Notes under the pieces: generated by a model
Seen by the model: only the letters and a program-made list of their open reading frames with translations
What the model was told of the DNA's origin: nothing
The model's database searches: none
Program-made: the position numbers and the translations under genes
From: Candidatus Poribacteria bacterium
GTDB taxonomy: Bacteria; Poribacteria; WGA-4E; PCPOR2b
Reading direction: 5' to 3'
DNA length: 64,000 nt
NCBI GenBank assembly: GCA_965208325.1
Contig: OZ242326.1
Span: forward strand, 3,136,001-3,200,000
In this document: piece after piece, positions 51,101 to 60,108 of the stretch
Position numbering within the stretch: position 1 is the stretch's first letter
Layout: every line of letters begins with the position of its first letter

Positions 51101-51298
51101 ATGCCGGTAGGTTCTCCATATTCCCACGGTTCGATTCTCTTGCGTGGTGTTTTGCTGGCAAATCGCGTCCTGATACTGGACGCAAAACAAGAGGATTGCC
51201 AACACACCGATGAACGTACCGTAATGAGCCTGAGTGATTTGGCATCTTAAATGGGATTTAACGGATATCGGTTTCATGTACGCATTCAGCGCCGGCAT
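48125..51298 (-). CDS. Sensor: Reg_prop beta-propellers + Y_Y_Y domain + TM + SpoIIE/PP2C phosphatase
   Basis: Many DGL..N.V...QD..G..W.GT..GG.SRFDG repeats; GDYAFEVQAVD; PP2C motifs GGDYF, DVTGHG, FSDGL.EA, DDMT. Start uncertain. Confidence 0.9.
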   Translation of the reverse strand: MPALNAYMKPISVKSHLRCQITQAHYGTFIGVLAILLFCVQYQDAICQQNTTQENRTVGIWRTYRHVDGLVNNTVFSVLQTTDGAIWLGTQDGISRFDGRNWVSYSQKDGLAGTTVRTLFEDRTGAIWAATNAGLSRYDGKQWHRVAFENPPNDISGAVSALLIDREGVIWVGTRRGLIRYAGREWRSIYEASRGRRVSALLQDREGNVWVGTRNGLNRFDGENWSRINRTSPSAIPLHENQDGKISRVTALLETQSGAILAGTIGGGVKRFDGERWTDITKSDGLAGDVVHTMMEDDTGVLWFGTETGGVSRYDGKNWETYTAEDGLASNSVFALMQDREGAIWIGTLGGGVSRLDTRSWTVYTQKDGLPSDKVQAIRQDESGGIWIGSFGGVSRFDGENWISYTRMDDLTFGRVSAILQDKEGTIWVGKQRRGVSSFDGNRWTHYTLRNGFMARSVNAMLEDIDGHIWFATGSQNQPGKGIIRFDGKYWTTITESDGLPNNTVSSIFQDRQGALWFGTGGQVNPGAGVGRFDGENWITYTTADGLANNTVLSIFQDQKGDMWFGTHGGGVSRFDGTNWKSYTIADGLGSHYIGAILQDTDGVMWFGTLDGGISRFDGRTFQTVDSRDGLPNDSVTSVYMDRSGSVWVGTHGGGAIRFSRPKKVELPLAITKVTADDQIYEPPADYLTLPAGVKRVVLSFNAVSFKTRSTGMLYYHRLIGKESDWQPPLNSEEIQYFNLLPGDYAFEVQAVDRDLNYSTPTTLNFTVPTPFHKTALFLVPAVGGSAILVGILVMQTILLFKRRRQVIAYQRIAVEEIKAARDMQLSLMPETAPQIEGFDIAAVCEPATEVGGDYFTYLWLDEDKTQFGIVLMDVTGHGMAAATNAFLANGMLQLESRRGSFPSEILAKMHQSLQEILPKRAFVATSFAQINLRDNTLTHFNAGLPEPILLRKGKPVEWQIKSTVPLGCSFRAEHIGAPIKLYKGDVLLFFSDGLTEARNADEDEYEKIRMWNLLKALVYQRKPSQGWVDTILNDVRTFTAPTELADDMTVVVVKVL

Positions 51299-51531
51299 CT
51301 TAAGGATTGGCTGCGGGCGAGCCCGGACCCCATTTCACGTTAACATCCAACAAACAGATAGGAGAGGCATCTGTTCCGGAGGAAATCCGCGAAGGCGGAA
51401 AGATTTCATCACATTTTTTCAATGGTCACGGCCGTTAAGTGTGTTCTATAATAGTGTAGATGAATCGGTATTTCAAGAGTAATTTATTCAGTACATTCCA
51501 AAGTATGGGTCAATCGCGGAGATTTCAAAAA

Positions 51532-54333
51532 ATGGATTGGAATGCAATATCATTTGTCGCAATCGTGGCTATCGCATTTGGCGTACTTGCTTCTTCGAGC
51601 TTGTGGGCGTCATTTGCAATTAGCGGCTCAGACAACGAGGTGGTAAAGACCACAATAACTGTCGATAATACGGGCGAGTTCGTCGTTGTTATGTGGACGA
51701 CTCGGGATTGTTTTCCGCCGCAACAGCGCTGGGGCCTTCACCTGCGGTTCAATTCGTCCACCGATGGGGGCGCAAACTGGAAGGGCCGCCCAGTGAACTT
51801 CATACACAATTCCCCCGCTGACGCTAGCGATGTCCTGCCTGAACTGGCTTTTGACAACCAAGGGAAACTTCATCTGCTCTGGTCCCGCGGTGATGATAGA
51901 GCCTCGCCCTACTACACCTCTTCGCTTGATCTCGGGCTTTCATGGAACGATCCGATTGCAATTGGATTGGAGGGCTATGGATGGGTGCAGCACAACGGCC
52001 TTGGGCTGGCGGTTAGCGAGGACGGAAAGAATCTCTGGGCATTCCATAACGACGCCGACTGGACTGCAAACGATTGCGGCTCTAGCGACGGCGGTTTGAC
52101 CTGGACGCAGCTCGGAAGGCACTTGGCCGCGGGCAGCCGCATGGATGGCGGCAACCCGACCCAAAGTTATTGCTCCGACGCTATAGTCGTGGGTGATTAC
52201 CGGTACGTATTGCGAAAGCGAAACGATCGGCTCAACGTTTTGACTTACGATGGCAACACATGGTCGTCCTCGACTCCGACTCAGGTCAAGAACCCGCTTT
52301 CTCTGGCAGACGATCACACTATAGCCGCTGACAGCGACGGCGGCATATATATTGTCTTTAGCGACGCGGGCGGGATTTTCTGCATGCGTTCAGCCGATAG
52401 CGGTGTCACTTGGGGAGATAAAGTGCGAGTGGACGATAGTCCGGAAGGCAAACACCTCCTGCCGGTCATAGGGACAATGGGGGATGGGATTTTGGCTATT
52501 GCCTGGCAGGACGGCCGCGAATCAGTCTCCGCGATTCGGTACTCAATTTCGAAAGATGCCGGCAAAACCTGGGGCGCCAGCGAAATTCTCTCGCCATCGG
52601 CAATGAGCCAGACGGCACCTGATATGTATATCGCCAACGAAACCTTGTATTTTAGCTACACGGAAGATGGCAGAGCCTTTTTCGCACGGATTCCGCCCGT
52701 GCCGCTGCTGGATACGTCCAACCTATTTCCGAATTCCGGATTTGACGTCTTTGGTACGCAATTTGACGGAAGGCTGCCGGCCGGCTGGAGTTTTGATTCT
52801 TGGAACCGGGAATTCGCGGGTGAAACATTCGGCAAGGCATCTCCCGGCAGGAATGGGGAGGGATTCTGTTTAGCGCTGCGGCAGGGATTGCCTGCGAATT
52901 CCTTTACGATGCGCAGTCAGTCAGTGCCCGTGACAGCCGATACTGCGTATGTTTTCAAGGGGTACTATGCCGCAGAGTGCCGTGGAAAGGTATCGGTAGC
53001 GGGACAGTGGATCGACACAGACGGAAAGACATCCGAAAGTTTTGAGGTCAAACTTCCCGATACGCAGGACGACTGGATTGCATTCTTCGAAGAGCTCTAT
53101 AGCCCGGCTAACGCAACACAATTGCGGATAGTGATTACGAAAGAGTGGCGGGATGGCTCAGTGCGATTTGATGATTTTTCCCTGCGCAAAGGCGTTCTAC
53201 GGGACTATGCATCGGAATTTTCTCTGCCTCCGCTGAAACCCGGCGAGTTGCGTTTCCCAATCTACGGACTTTTCACCAGCGGCCCCGGCCTCGGTGCAGA
53301 ATGGGAGGCTGAATGCGCTATGGCAAACTTCAGCGTCGGTTCCTGGCGTGCAAAATACGGGTTGCGAAGGCGTATTTCTTCGACTTGGGCGTCTACTTGG
53401 GATGACTCAGAACTCGTAAAAGCCAATGAGGATTCTGAGGTTTTTGATATCTCGGGACACGACGAGCCGGGGAAGTGGCAGTATTTAGACCTCGCGGAGC
53501 AAAACCGCCGATTTAGCCGGCTCACACCTTCCAAACCCTTTGTAGTGAATCTACTCCCGTGCTATGGACCGTATTCTCCCTATCCGGTCTACCGAGACTA
53601 CGTCCGATCATTTATTGAAACCGTTGAACCGTCTCTGTTTACGTATGACAACTATGCGTTGGGCGGCGAATCTCCGTCCTACGGCGGGCATTTCTTCCCC
53701 AATTTTGAAATCGTGCGTCAAGAAGCCTTGAGGGCAGATGTCCACTTTGGCTTCATCGGTTCAGTGGTCGCGTTTTTCCACATACGCAGCCCGAGTGAAG
53801 CGGAACTTCGCTGGCAGGCTTATAGCGCATTGGCTTATGGCGCACGAACCTTGGGTTGGTTCACTTACAATACGGAGGTCGAATATGGCGGCCATAATTG
53901 GCGTGATGCTGTTATAGAAAACGACGGCAGCCGGTCCTTGCACTATTCTATGCTGCGCCGAGTGAACGGTGAGATTCTCAATATTGGCGATACCTTGCTG
54001 CGGCTGAAATCCACGAACGTCTATCATACAGAGCCTTTGCCGGAACTGACTCGAGATGTGTCAGAATCCAAGTTAATAGATTCAATTAGGGAAGGGAAGT
54101 GGGTTGTAGGCGAGTTCGTGGATAGTTCGGGCGTAAACTACTTCATGCTGGTCAACCGCGACTTCACGACGGAGCAGAAAGCGGTTTTAACATTCAACGG
54201 CAAGCCCAAAGCTCTATTCGAGATCGATAAATCCGATGGTACACAGACGCCGGTCGTGGGTTTCAGTGCGCAAAACCGATCGGTATCTTTGACGGTGACT
54301 GCCGGGGATGGCCGCCTATTTTTCCTCAAGTAG
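51532..54333 (+). CDS. Secreted multidomain protein: BNR/Asp-box propeller, carbohydrate-binding-like jelly roll, glycoside hydrolase-like domain
   Basis: Signal peptide; five Asp boxes (STDGGANW, SLDLGLSW, SSDGGLTW, SADSGVTW, SKDAGKTW); NLFPNSGF...FDDFSL module; DEP / YDNY / LRWQAYSALAYGA region. Confidence 0.7.
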   Translation: MDWNAISFVAIVAIAFGVLASSSLWASFAISGSDNEVVKTTITVDNTGEFVVVMWTTRDCFPPQQRWGLHLRFNSSTDGGANWKGRPVNFIHNSPADASDVLPELAFDNQGKLHLLWSRGDDRASPYYTSSLDLGLSWNDPIAIGLEGYGWVQHNGLGLAVSEDGKNLWAFHNDADWTANDCGSSDGGLTWTQLGRHLAAGSRMDGGNPTQSYCSDAIVVGDYRYVLRKRNDRLNVLTYDGNTWSSSTPTQVKNPLSLADDHTIAADSDGGIYIVFSDAGGIFCMRSADSGVTWGDKVRVDDSPEGKHLLPVIGTMGDGILAIAWQDGRESVSAIRYSISKDAGKTWGASEILSPSAMSQTAPDMYIANETLYFSYTEDGRAFFARIPPVPLLDTSNLFPNSGFDVFGTQFDGRLPAGWSFDSWNREFAGETFGKASPGRNGEGFCLALRQGLPANSFTMRSQSVPVTADTAYVFKGYYAAECRGKVSVAGQWIDTDGKTSESFEVKLPDTQDDWIAFFEELYSPANATQLRIVITKEWRDGSVRFDDFSLRKGVLRDYASEFSLPPLKPGELRFPIYGLFTSGPGLGAEWEAECAMANFSVGSWRAKYGLRRRISSTWASTWDDSELVKANEDSEVFDISGHDEPGKWQYLDLAEQNRRFSRLTPSKPFVVNLLPCYGPYSPYPVYRDYVRSFIETVEPSLFTYDNYALGGESPSYGGHFFPNFEIVRQEALRADVHFGFIGSVVAFFHIRSPSEAELRWQAYSALAYGARTLGWFTYNTEVEYGGHNWRDAVIENDGSRSLHYSMLRRVNGEILNIGDTLLRLKSTNVYHTEPLPELTRDVSESKLIDSIREGKWVVGEFVDSSGVNYFMLVNRDFTTEQKAVLTFNGKPKALFEIDKSDGTQTPVVGFSAQNRSVSLTVTAGDGRLFFLK

Positions 54334-54480
54334 TTGCCAAAGGCAGAAGTAAAGCATTAGCGGGCAAAAACGTGGAACCCCTAATAGCGCCGGACGGATT
54401 TTTCATTTATCCCGTCCAGCAGAACCTGGGCGCTTATGCACATCCTTCGTCCTTGTCAAGGAGGGGAATAAAACATTAAA

Positions 54481-54519
54481 ATCCTCCCCCTTACCAAGGG
54501 GGAGCTAGAGGGGATTGTT
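54481..54519. repeat. Second dispersed palindromic repeat family (TCCCCCTT-N3-AAGGGGGA)
   Basis: ATCCTCCCCCTTACCAAGGGGGAGCTAGA; the reverse complement resembles 20732-20751 and 1205-1232. Confidence 0.6.
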
Positions 54520-54582
54520 GACATACACGCAAAACGGTGTTATTCTTTTTGCGAACTTATCCGGCAAATCCCGAGGTGAGAA

Positions 54583-56193
54583 ATGCAAGCGGAAGATGGG
54601 AAACAATCACAACGAAATAGCGAAATACGGCGGTTGCGCCAGCGCGTGGCGAGGTTAGAGCGCGATAGAGATAAATTCAAGCGGATGTCGGAGGCAGATC
54701 CATATTACAACGGCCCGGACATGTTTGCTTCTGCTGATGCCGTCTCGGAAAGGGTTCTCCACTGCAATGAAGCGTTATGCGCGGCGTTGGGTTACGCAGA
54801 AGCGGAGATTGTCGGCCGCCCTATTTCGAAGATATATCATCCGGACAGTGTTGAAAGTGCAAAGAAAGCCTTCGCTAGCCTTGTAAGCGACGGTACAATA
54901 CGTGATATGGAGCTAATACTGCGGAAGAGTGATGGAAGTGCGTTGGCGGTAAACTTAAATGCCGTAACCTACCGTAATACAAGAGGAAAGGCGCTTTACT
55001 GCCGGTTCATCTGGCGGGACATCACGCGGCAGAAGGAGACGGAACGGGAGCTTCGAGCGAGTGAAGAACGCTTTCACCAGTTGGCGAACAGCATCCGCGA
55101 GGTATTCTGGCTAATGTCGCTCGAAGGGGACGAGTTTTTCTACCTCAGCCCCGGATACGATGAGATATGGGGACGGTCCCGAACGGACTTAATGGCGGCG
55201 CCGATGTCGTGGGCGGACAGCATCTATCCGGATGACTTGCCGCAGGTTTTTGCGAATTTTGAGCGTCAGAAACGCGGCGATTTAGTGGAGTATGAGTTCC
55301 GTATGGTGCGTCCGGATGGTGAAATCCGTTGGATTCATGCGCGCGCCTTTCCAGTCAACGATGACAACGGCGTACCCTACCGCGTGGCGGGCTTTGCGCT
55401 GGACATCACGGAACGCAAGCGCGCCGAGGAGCAGTTAATTCAAGCGAGTAATATGGCCTTATTAGGGCAGCTCACCGCCGGCGTTGCGCACGAGATTAGC
55501 AACCCGACCAATTTTGTCTTGCTAAACGGAGAATCCCTTCAGACATCTTGGTCAAGCGTAATACCGTTTCTGGATGAATATTGCGGCGAGCACGGGGATT
55601 TCATGTGCGCCGGCATGCCCTATTCGAAATTGCGGGGTCGTATCAGCAAACTAGCTACCGGCATCATTGACGGTGCGAATCGAATCAAAAAAATCGTGGA
55701 TGCGCTCGGTGATTTCTCGCAAAGCGGCGGCGAAGATTTAAGCCAACCGGTCAATTGTAATGCGGTGATTGACTCCGCAGCCGTAATTATGCAGAATCTG
55801 ATTAAAACATCTACGAACCACTTCTCGACTCAATTTGAGGACAATCTGCCTGATGTTCTCGGCAACTCGCAACATCTCGAACAGGTATTTATTAACTTAA
55901 TCACGAACGCTTGCCATGCGCTGCCCGATCCGAGCAAAAAAATCGTGGTATCGACCCGAACGAATTCAAAGGGTGTATTGATTGAGGTTTGCGACGAGGG
56001 AGAGGGAATTCCGCCTGAAAATTTAGGACGCATTATGGACGCCTTCTTCACGACCAAGCGAGGTACCAGCGGCGTCGGACTAGGGCTTTCCATCTCTTAC
56101 AATATTGTCAAGAATCATGGCGGGGAATTAACCTTCTCCTCCGAACTTGGAAAGGGCACGACAGCGGCAGTCAAGCTGCCTGCCGCCCCTTAA
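54583..56193 (+). CDS. PAS-domain sensor histidine kinase (cytoplasmic)
   Basis: Two PAS/PAC regions; H-box GVAHEISNP, N-box NLITNA, DEGEGI, FFTTK, GVGLGLS. Confidence 0.93.
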   Translation: MQAEDGKQSQRNSEIRRLRQRVARLERDRDKFKRMSEADPYYNGPDMFASADAVSERVLHCNEALCAALGYAEAEIVGRPISKIYHPDSVESAKKAFASLVSDGTIRDMELILRKSDGSALAVNLNAVTYRNTRGKALYCRFIWRDITRQKETERELRASEERFHQLANSIREVFWLMSLEGDEFFYLSPGYDEIWGRSRTDLMAAPMSWADSIYPDDLPQVFANFERQKRGDLVEYEFRMVRPDGEIRWIHARAFPVNDDNGVPYRVAGFALDITERKRAEEQLIQASNMALLGQLTAGVAHEISNPTNFVLLNGESLQTSWSSVIPFLDEYCGEHGDFMCAGMPYSKLRGRISKLATGIIDGANRIKKIVDALGDFSQSGGEDLSQPVNCNAVIDSAAVIMQNLIKTSTNHFSTQFEDNLPDVLGNSQHLEQVFINLITNACHALPDPSKKIVVSTRTNSKGVLIEVCDEGEGIPPENLGRIMDAFFTTKRGTSGVGLGLSISYNIVKNHGGELTFSSELGKGTTAAVKLPAAP

Positions 56194-56203
56194 CGGTGAC
56201 TAT

Positions 56204-57649
56204 ATGAATCCAGTTCCGTTTCCTACGCATCCCATTCTACTGGTTGACGACGAAGAACATTTCCTATTCAGTGCGGATCACACGTTGAATTTAGCGGGCA
56301 TGAATAATATCGTCCAATGCGGTGACAGCCGACAGGTTATGTCCACGCTGTCAAAGAGAGACTTCTCGGTTGTGGTGCTGGACTTGCTGATGCCAGGCTT
56401 ATCCGGACTGGACATACTACCGTTGATTGTTTCGGACTTTCCGGAACTTCCCGTAATGGTCTTCACCGCAGTCAACAATGTGGAAACGGCGGTAGAGTGT
56501 CTGAAACTTGGGGCGTACGACTACATCCTGAAACCGATCGATAGCGTCAGGTTTGTGTCCACGGTTCGACGCGGTGTAGAAATGAGCGAACTGCGCCGCC
56601 AAAACCGGCAACTCAAAGACCGCCTCCTGTCCGACGCGTTGGAGCATCCTGAAGCGTTTTCGAACATCGTCACACAGGATCGTGCGATGTATGCCGTATT
56701 CCAATATACCGAGACAGTTGCTCCAACGCCGATGCCGGTTTTGATTACGGGCGCAACCGGCGTTGGCAAGGAACTGATTGCAGCGGCAATCCACAAGCTG
56801 AGCGGGCGGGAGGGTGAATTTGTTTCAGTCAATGTCTCGGGACTCGACGACCACCTATTCTCGGACGCGCTTTTCGGCCACAAAAAGGGAGCGTTTACGG
56901 GCGCGGATTCAGAGCGAAAGGGGTTAATTGAACGCGCGTCAAACGGCACGCTCTTCCTTGATGAAATCGGCGACCTGCACCTGGAATCGCAGGTCAAACT
57001 GCTGCGTTTTTTGCAGGAAAAAACTTACTACCCGCTTGGCGACGATTTCCCGCGAACAAATAACGCAAGAATAGTTGTTGCTACGAATCGAGATATACAA
57101 TTCCTGAGAGAGTCCGAAACTTTTCGCAACGACCTCTACTTCCGCTTGAAAACTCATCATATTCACCTGCCGCCGCTTCGCGAGCGGGCGGGCGATATCC
57201 CGTTATTGGTATCGCATTTTCTGGAAATCGCCGCTAAGAAACTAGAAAAGGAAACACCCACGGTTCCACCCGAACTTTATACCTTGCTTGGAACCCACCA
57301 CTTCCAGGGCAATATCCGAGAACTTGAAGGCATGGTACTAGACGCTGTCAGCCGGCACAAAGGGGGTGTACTTTCCACAGCATCTTTCGAGCGGGAAATT
57401 GGCGAGCAATCTATAGTTTCCCACGAGGATACGACAATTAAAGGAAGCAATTTTGCGGAAGGATTGTCGGCGCTCCCGGTACTTCCGGCATTGAAAGAAG
57501 CTTTGAAAGAAGCGGAACAACAGATAATTTCCGAAGCCCTTAAGCGCGCCGATGGCAACCAGACACTTGCAGCTAAACTCTTGGGGTTAACAAGACAGGC
57601 ACTGCACAACCGTTTGAGCCGCCTCCAAAAATCGTCGGACGACGCGTGA
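56204..57649 (+). CDS. Sigma54-dependent response regulator (NtrC-like)
   Basis: Receiver (LLVDDE, LDLLMP), GATGVGKE, GAFTGA, LFLDEIG, GNIRELE, Fis-type HTH. Confidence 0.95.
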   Translation: MNPVPFPTHPILLVDDEEHFLFSADHTLNLAGMNNIVQCGDSRQVMSTLSKRDFSVVVLDLLMPGLSGLDILPLIVSDFPELPVMVFTAVNNVETAVECLKLGAYDYILKPIDSVRFVSTVRRGVEMSELRRQNRQLKDRLLSDALEHPEAFSNIVTQDRAMYAVFQYTETVAPTPMPVLITGATGVGKELIAAAIHKLSGREGEFVSVNVSGLDDHLFSDALFGHKKGAFTGADSERKGLIERASNGTLFLDEIGDLHLESQVKLLRFLQEKTYYPLGDDFPRTNNARIVVATNRDIQFLRESETFRNDLYFRLKTHHIHLPPLRERAGDIPLLVSHFLEIAAKKLEKETPTVPPELYTLLGTHHFQGNIRELEGMVLDAVSRHKGGVLSTASFEREIGEQSIVSHEDTTIKGSNFAEGLSALPVLPALKEALKEAEQQIISEALKRADGNQTLAAKLLGLTRQALHNRLSRLQKSSDDA

Positions 57650-57747
57650 AGCGTCTTTCGGCATTTCCAACCTGCCCTTTCAATCTGTTCAATACTCTTC
57701 TCTCTCCTACAACTCCCTTTTCAAAGGGGTGACACATTACGTTTCTT

Positions 57748-57846
57748 TGTACATATTTTGTTTGCAACCCCTGAACACTAGTTTTGGTAAGGGTTCACGG
57801 GGTTTTCAATCGTCAATTCCCGAATGTTGTAAACAAAATGTTTCAC
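57748..57846. promoter_or_regulatory. Two candidate upstream activator sites
   Basis: TGTACATATTTTGTTTGCA (57748-57766) and TGTAAACAAAATGTTTCAC (57828-57846) are imperfect palindromes sharing TG(C/T)AAACAAAAT in opposite orientations. Confidence 0.5.
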
Positions 57847-57972
57847 CCCTTTCCAAATCTCGCCAGGGCGCTGCCGCTCCAGTCTGAAAAATAATTTAAA
57901 ATGCCCGTATCCCTTGATACGTAAGGTTTTCCGAGTCCAAACCGAGTCTAAATTTGGGTATAATTTTAGCTT

Positions 57973-57988
57973 TGGCATAGAAATTGCT
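57973..57988 (+). promoter_or_regulatory. Sigma54 (-24/-12) promoter
   Basis: TGGCATAGAAATTGCT has GG-N10-GC spacing and matches TGGCA-N6-TTGCW; it lies just downstream of a sigma54 activator gene. Confidence 0.85.
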
Positions 57989-58051
57989 CATACAATGCCC
58001 AAAGTATCTTGATTTGGAACGCGGAGATTCACTATCAAGGGGGCGGCGTCA

Positions 58052-60088
58052 ATGAATTTTGGGGTCACGCGCATTTCACTTGCCATTGGGTTTTCCGTTG
58101 TACTCGTTTGCTTGGTTCCTTACACGCCAAGCATTGCGGATGCCCCCGATGCCTTTACGCTCATATATGCCGGTGAGGAAGGTGGGCAGCTTGGACTGCA
58201 CGGATGCGGAACCGAGCAAGTCGGCGGGCTTTCCCGACGCCAGACCGTCATTCACTCCTTGCGTGAAGTACACGCCGCCGCTCTGAACCTTCACGCCGGA
58301 AACATCCTCGACCCAGCCGACCCAAACAGTGAACTCATCTGCCAAATCGCCCTCGAAGCCTTGAGCGTAATGAATTACGATGCGCTCTGCCTCGGACCGG
58401 GCGACTTGTGTCTTCCCCTTGATTCACTTTCTGCCCTCTACGCCAACCATCCAGATTTGCCCGTTATTTGCACGAATATCGTAGTAGGGGCGCGGTTCCC
58501 GCGCCCGTTTGAAGTTGTCGAAGCGGCGAAGAGAAAAGTCGCCGTGGTTGGGTTGATATCAAATTCGTATGAAACTGAGATTTCCGCATACAATCCGGGT
58601 GTCGCCATCACCCGTCCAATGGAAGCGCTAGAGACGTTGGGGGAAGTAATTACGCGTCAAAGCGATATTGTCGTGGGCGTGTTTCACGGATCAGAGGCGG
58701 AGGCGCGTGAACTTGCAGAGCGATTCTCATGGCTATCCGTTCTCGTCCTCGCCAAGAATGAAACTTCTGAATCAGCCTCGGCGACACCGATTGTCGTAGG
58801 AAACACAACCATTGTCTCCAACCCCGCGAAAGGAGAAGCGGTTGGTGTTCTGGAGATTGGACTCGACGCGGTTCGGCAACAAGTAGTGTCGAGGAAGAAT
58901 CAGCGTGTTACGGTCTCGGAAGGAGTTGTACCCGACGCTGACCTTGAAACCTTATTAGCGCTCTACGATTCCCTATACGAAGAAGACGAATTTGACGGTC
59001 AAGAGCTTGTACTTGATGACCGTGCCGTTCATATCACCTACTTCCATAAACGGGGCTGCCAGAAGTGTGCCAGAGCCAATGAGATTTTGAAACGCCTTAA
59101 AACCGAATACCCGCAGATTGTGGTTGAAAAACGCGACGCCAAAACCGACCAACAACTGCTTGAGGCGATGGGGGCGCTTTTCAACGTTCCGGAGGTGAAA
59201 CGGCTCACCTCACCTGCAGTATTTATTGGCGATGCGTACCTGCTGGATGAACTTGATGAGTCGCAACTGGAAGAGATTATCGGAACATACCTCGCAACGG
59301 GAGTCGCGTCTCGGATATCCGAGGCAAAAGCTAAAACCGGGGAAGCGGAATCCGAAATTGTCAAACGCTTTAGCGCGTTCGGGACATTGGCTGTTGCGGG
59401 TGCGGGATTGCTTGATGGGATTAACCCGTGTGCATTTGCCACCATTGTGTTCTTCATCTCCTATCTTTCACTCGTTGGACGGTCGCGTAGAGAGATGCTC
59501 GTCGCCGGCGGTGCATTCGCTGCCGCGGTGTTTGTAACCTACCTGCTGTTGGGGATGGGCTTGCTCAAGTTTCTCTCGTTTCTCAACGAGTTCTCCGTCG
59601 TTGCCAAGTGCGTTTACCTAGTGGCCGCGATTGGGACGTTCACGCTGGCGTTCTTGAGCATTTATGACGCTATCAAAGCCAAACAGGGCAAGGTGAAGGA
59701 GATTACATTGCAGTTGCCCAAGTCGCTGAAACAGCGTATCCACAAAGTCATCCGCGAACAGACGCGGACATCAAGCGTCATTATCGGCGCGTTAGTCATC
59801 GGGTTCGCAATATCTGCCCTAGAGTTAGTCTGTACGGGTCAAGTGTATTTGCCGACGATTACGTTTGTGATGGGTGTTGAGGGGATGCGAGTAAATGCGC
59901 TAGCGTATCTGATTCTGTACAATATGATGTTTATCACGCCACTGCTGATAGTGTTCTGCTTTGTGTATTGGGGCACGACTTCGATGCAGTTGGGCGGTGT
60001 GCTGCAACGGCATCTGATGCCCGTTAAGGTTGGAACCGGGGTGTTGTTGCTTGGTTTAGGATTTTGGCTATTGCTGCGCACTGTATAA
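58052..60088 (+). CDS. Fusion: degenerate 5'-nucleotidase-like domain, thioredoxin/glutaredoxin domain (CQKC), CcdA/DsbD-like membrane domain
   Basis: Signal peptide; HGCG...GGLSRR; YFHKRGCQKC...SPAVFIGD; AGLLDGINPCAF and LELVCTGQVYLP transmembrane cysteines. Confidence 0.85.
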   Translation: MNFGVTRISLAIGFSVVLVCLVPYTPSIADAPDAFTLIYAGEEGGQLGLHGCGTEQVGGLSRRQTVIHSLREVHAAALNLHAGNILDPADPNSELICQIALEALSVMNYDALCLGPGDLCLPLDSLSALYANHPDLPVICTNIVVGARFPRPFEVVEAAKRKVAVVGLISNSYETEISAYNPGVAITRPMEALETLGEVITRQSDIVVGVFHGSEAEARELAERFSWLSVLVLAKNETSESASATPIVVGNTTIVSNPAKGEAVGVLEIGLDAVRQQVVSRKNQRVTVSEGVVPDADLETLLALYDSLYEEDEFDGQELVLDDRAVHITYFHKRGCQKCARANEILKRLKTEYPQIVVEKRDAKTDQQLLEAMGALFNVPEVKRLTSPAVFIGDAYLLDELDESQLEEIIGTYLATGVASRISEAKAKTGEAESEIVKRFSAFGTLAVAGAGLLDGINPCAFATIVFFISYLSLVGRSRREMLVAGGAFAAAVFVTYLLLGMGLLKFLSFLNEFSVVAKCVYLVAAIGTFTLAFLSIYDAIKAKQGKVKEITLQLPKSLKQRIHKVIREQTRTSSVIIGALVIGFAISALELVCTGQVYLPTITFVMGVEGMRVNALAYLILYNMMFITPLLIVFCFVYWGTTSMQLGGVLQRHLMPVKVGTGVLLLGLGFWLLLRTV

Positions 60089-60108
60089 CATGAGGAGGCT
60101 CGGCGATA

